Shown here piece by piece: positions 62,110 to 64,000 of a stretch of DNA of 64,000 nucleotides. The notes under the pieces are model-generated. The model did not search any database, was not told the origin of the DNA, and saw only the letters and a program-made list of their open reading frames with translations. Both the position numbers and the translations under genes were made by a program. Source of the stretch: Pseudomonadota bacterium (GTDB taxonomy: Bacteria; Pseudomonadota; Gammaproteobacteria; Steroidobacterales; Steroidobacteraceae); the NCBI GenBank assembly GCA_023391815.1, contig JAEWAF010000023.1, positions 14,663-78,662 of the forward strand, in the 5' to 3' direction. Numbering within the stretch: the first letter of the stretch is position 1; each line of letters opens with the position of its first letter.

Positions 62110-64000
62110 ATGACATTGCCCGGCCCCGAACAGTGCTATGAGCTGTTGGCGCACGCCGACTGGCGCACGCTCGCGCCGCAAGCGACAGCGCTTCGAGAGC
62201 AAGGTTGGGGAACGCGCGTCAGCTACTCACGCAAGGTCTTCGTGCCGCTGACGCAACTGTGTCGCGACGTGTGTCACTACTGCACGTTCGCCAAAACACC
62301 GCGCCGCTTGTCGAAGCCGTATCTCACTCCGGAGGACGTGCTTCGGATTGCACGAAATGGCGCCGAACTAGGCTGCAAGGAAGTGCTGTTCACGCTGGGC
62401 GATCGGCCCGAGCTGCGCTATGCGCGGGCTCGCGAGGCGCTGGCGCAATTGGGCTTTCCAACGACCCTGGCCTATCTCGAGCACGTCGCCGAACGAGTGG
62501 TGCGCGAGACCGGACTGCTGCCTCATCTCAATCCCGGCCTGATGAATGCGGAGGATCTGGCTCGGCTGCGACGGGTCGCACCTTCCATGGGCATCATGTT
62601 GGAATCAGCCGCGCAACGCCTTTGCGAACGAGGTGGCCCGCACTTCGGTTCGCCAGACAAGCTGCCCTCGCGCAGATTGGAAACATTGCGACTGGCCGGC
62701 GAAGCGCGCATTCCGATGACCAGCGGCATCTTGATCGGCATCGGTGAAACGCGCCGCGAGCGTATCGACGCACTGCTGGCGCTGCGCGAGCTGTCGGAGC
62801 GCTACGGCCATATCCAGGAAATCATCGTTCAGAACTTTCGCGCCAAAACCGACACCAAGATGCAGGACGCGCCGGAGCCTGACAACGACGACCTGTGCTG
62901 GACGGTGGCCGTGGCTCGCTTGATGTTCGGTGAGCGGATGAGCATCCAGGCGCCGCCCAATCTGTACGGCGGCGACCTGACGGAGCTCATTGCCGCGGGT
63001 GTCAACGATTGGGGCGGCGTGTCGCCGCTCACACCCGATCACGTCAATCCGGAAGCGCCGTGGCCACAGCTCGAGCGCCTGGCAGCGCAAACCGCTCGCG
63101 CCGGCTGCGATCTGGTGGAGCGGCTCACTGTCTATCCAGGTTACGTGAGAGATCGGTGGGAATGGCTTGCTGGTGAGCTCGACGCGCCGGTGCTGAGGTT
63201 ATCGGATGGCGCCGGGTGGGCTCGCGTTGGCCGCTGGTGCGCCGGAGCTACGACCCCGGCCGACAGCGACGATCTTCTCGATGTGTCGCTCTCGGCGATG
63301 CCGCGTGGATCCCGGATAGCGGAGCTGGTCGAACGCGCGGCCACCGGCAATGAGCTTCCCGAAAGTGACATCGCCGAGCTCTTCACCGCTCGCGGAGCCG
63401 ACTTCGTCCGCATCTGCCAGGCGGCGGATGAGCTCAGACAGCAGGCCGTCGGCGACACTGTGAGCTACGCCGTCGTACGCAACATCAACTACACGAATGT
63501 TTGTTTGTACAAATGCGGCTTCTGCGCATTCTCCAAAGGCCGCACTCACGAGCACCTGCGTGGCGCGCCATATCTGGTCGATCTGGATGAAATTCGTCGC
63601 CGCGTGCGCGAAGCCTGGGATCGAGGCGGCACGGAAGTGTGTATGCAAGGCGGCATTCATCCCTCCTTCACCGGCCACACTTATCTGGAGATCTGCCGCG
63701 CGGCGAAGCAGGCACAACCTCAGATTCACATTCACGCCTTCTCACCGCTCGAAGTCAGTCATGGCGCGCAAACGCTCGGCGTCTCGGTGCAGGAGTTTCT
63801 ACTCGAGTTGCAGCAGGCGGGATTGAATTCGCTGCCGGGAACGGCCGCGGAGATTCTGGACGACGACATCCGCCGCGCGCTTGCCCCGGAGAAGCTCAGC
63901 ACTCAGGAATGGTTGGATGTCATGGCCCGAGCGCACCGGGTTGGGCTACCGACCACGTCGACCATCATGTTTGGCCACATCGAAGGCTACGAACACTGGG
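62110..64000 (+). CDS. fbiC: Bifunctional FO synthase FbiC (fused CofG+CofH radical-SAM domains), 3' end runs off window (partial)
   Basis: Absent from ORF track (no stop in window). My translation from the ATG at 62110 reads MTLPGPEQCYELL...LTQLCRDVCHYCTFAK (CofG CxxxCxxC)...IIVQNFRAK...GVSPLTPDHVNPEAPWP...NYTNVCLYKCGFCAFSKG (CofH CxxxCxxC)...EVCMQGGIHP...STIMFGHIEGYEHW. Open to base 64000. Confidence 0.93.
   Translation, partial: MTLPGPEQCYELLAHADWRTLAPQATALREQGWGTRVSYSRKVFVPLTQLCRDVCHYCTFAKTPRRLSKPYLTPEDVLRIARNGAELGCKEVLFTLGDRPELRYARAREALAQLGFPTTLAYLEHVAERVVRETGLLPHLNPGLMNAEDLARLRRVAPSMGIMLESAAQRLCERGGPHFGSPDKLPSRRLETLRLAGEARIPMTSGILIGIGETRRERIDALLALRELSERYGHIQEIIVQNFRAKTDTKMQDAPEPDNDDLCWTVAVARLMFGERMSIQAPPNLYGGDLTELIAAGVNDWGGVSPLTPDHVNPEAPWPQLERLAAQTARAGCDLVERLTVYPGYVRDRWEWLAGELDAPVLRLSDGAGWARVGRWCAGATTPADSDDLLDVSLSAMPRGSRIAELVERAATGNELPESDIAELFTARGADFVRICQAADELRQQAVGDTVSYAVVRNINYTNVCLYKCGFCAFSKGRTHEHLRGAPYLVDLDEIRRRVREAWDRGGTEVCMQGGIHPSFTGHTYLEICRAAKQAQPQIHIHAFSPLEVSHGAQTLGVSVQEFLLELQQAGLNSLPGTAAEILDDDIRRALAPEKLSTQEWLDVMARAHRVGLPTTSTIMFGHIEGYEHW

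Noticed and set aside
1-64000. CRISPR arrays, tRNA/rRNA genes, transposases, integrases, prophage or obvious defence-system genes
   Set aside because: No regularly spaced direct repeats, no cloverleaf-like or rRNA-like segments in the short intergenic regions, and no ORF with recombinase, nuclease or ATPase defence signatures were seen. Intergenic space is almost fully accounted for.

Overview
High-GC (by eye, low-to-mid 60s %) and gene-dense chromosomal segment. The gene content points to a Gram-negative, probably soil proteobacterial organism: three TonB-dependent receptors, a FecI/FecR cell-surface-signalling module, a PEP-CTERM protein, lipoproteins and Tat/Sec signals. The taxon is inference only. 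I support about 57 protein-coding genes. Two run off the window edges and are therefore missing from the ORF track: a beta-lactamase-family hydrolase at 1..1707(-) and a fused FO synthase fbiC at 62110..64000(+). I saw no rRNA, tRNA, CRISPR array, transposase or integrase. The track uses ATG, GTG and TTG as starts, so several starts were moved to internal ATG/GTG codons with better context. The many long Arg/Ala-rich ORFs antisense to good genes are high-GC shadow ORFs and were rejected.
Functional blocks:
- Housekeeping, stress and detox genes: ilvE, trmO, pcm, sugE, OsmC-DoxX-YghU, ArsR-SRPBCC, AhpD-like.
- 37.8-46.4 kb: a FecI-FecR-STN-TonB-receptor locus with unusual downstream genes.
- 47.0-50.3 kb: an ECF sigma operon whose putative anti-sigma carries a PstS/PhoT-like periplasmic domain, followed by a stand-alone secretin N0-N1 protein and a lipoprotein. 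This is my best candidate for an undescribed system.
- 50.3-57.8 kb: a TonB-receptor/sulfatase/GH43 locus, likely for a sulfated glycan.
- 57.9-60.5 kb: an 846-aa exported protein with no recognisable domains.
- 60.5-64 kb: a stand-alone E2 acyltransferase catalytic domain divergent from the F420 biosynthesis genes cofC-fbiC.
Non-coding observations: two tandem perfect 12-bp palindromes (13502..13527), several operator-like inverted repeats, an orphan minus-strand intrinsic terminator between two plus-strand genes, and a small A/T-richer islet with a Cys4 mini-protein.
All functional calls rest on motifs I read in the translations. No database search was run.
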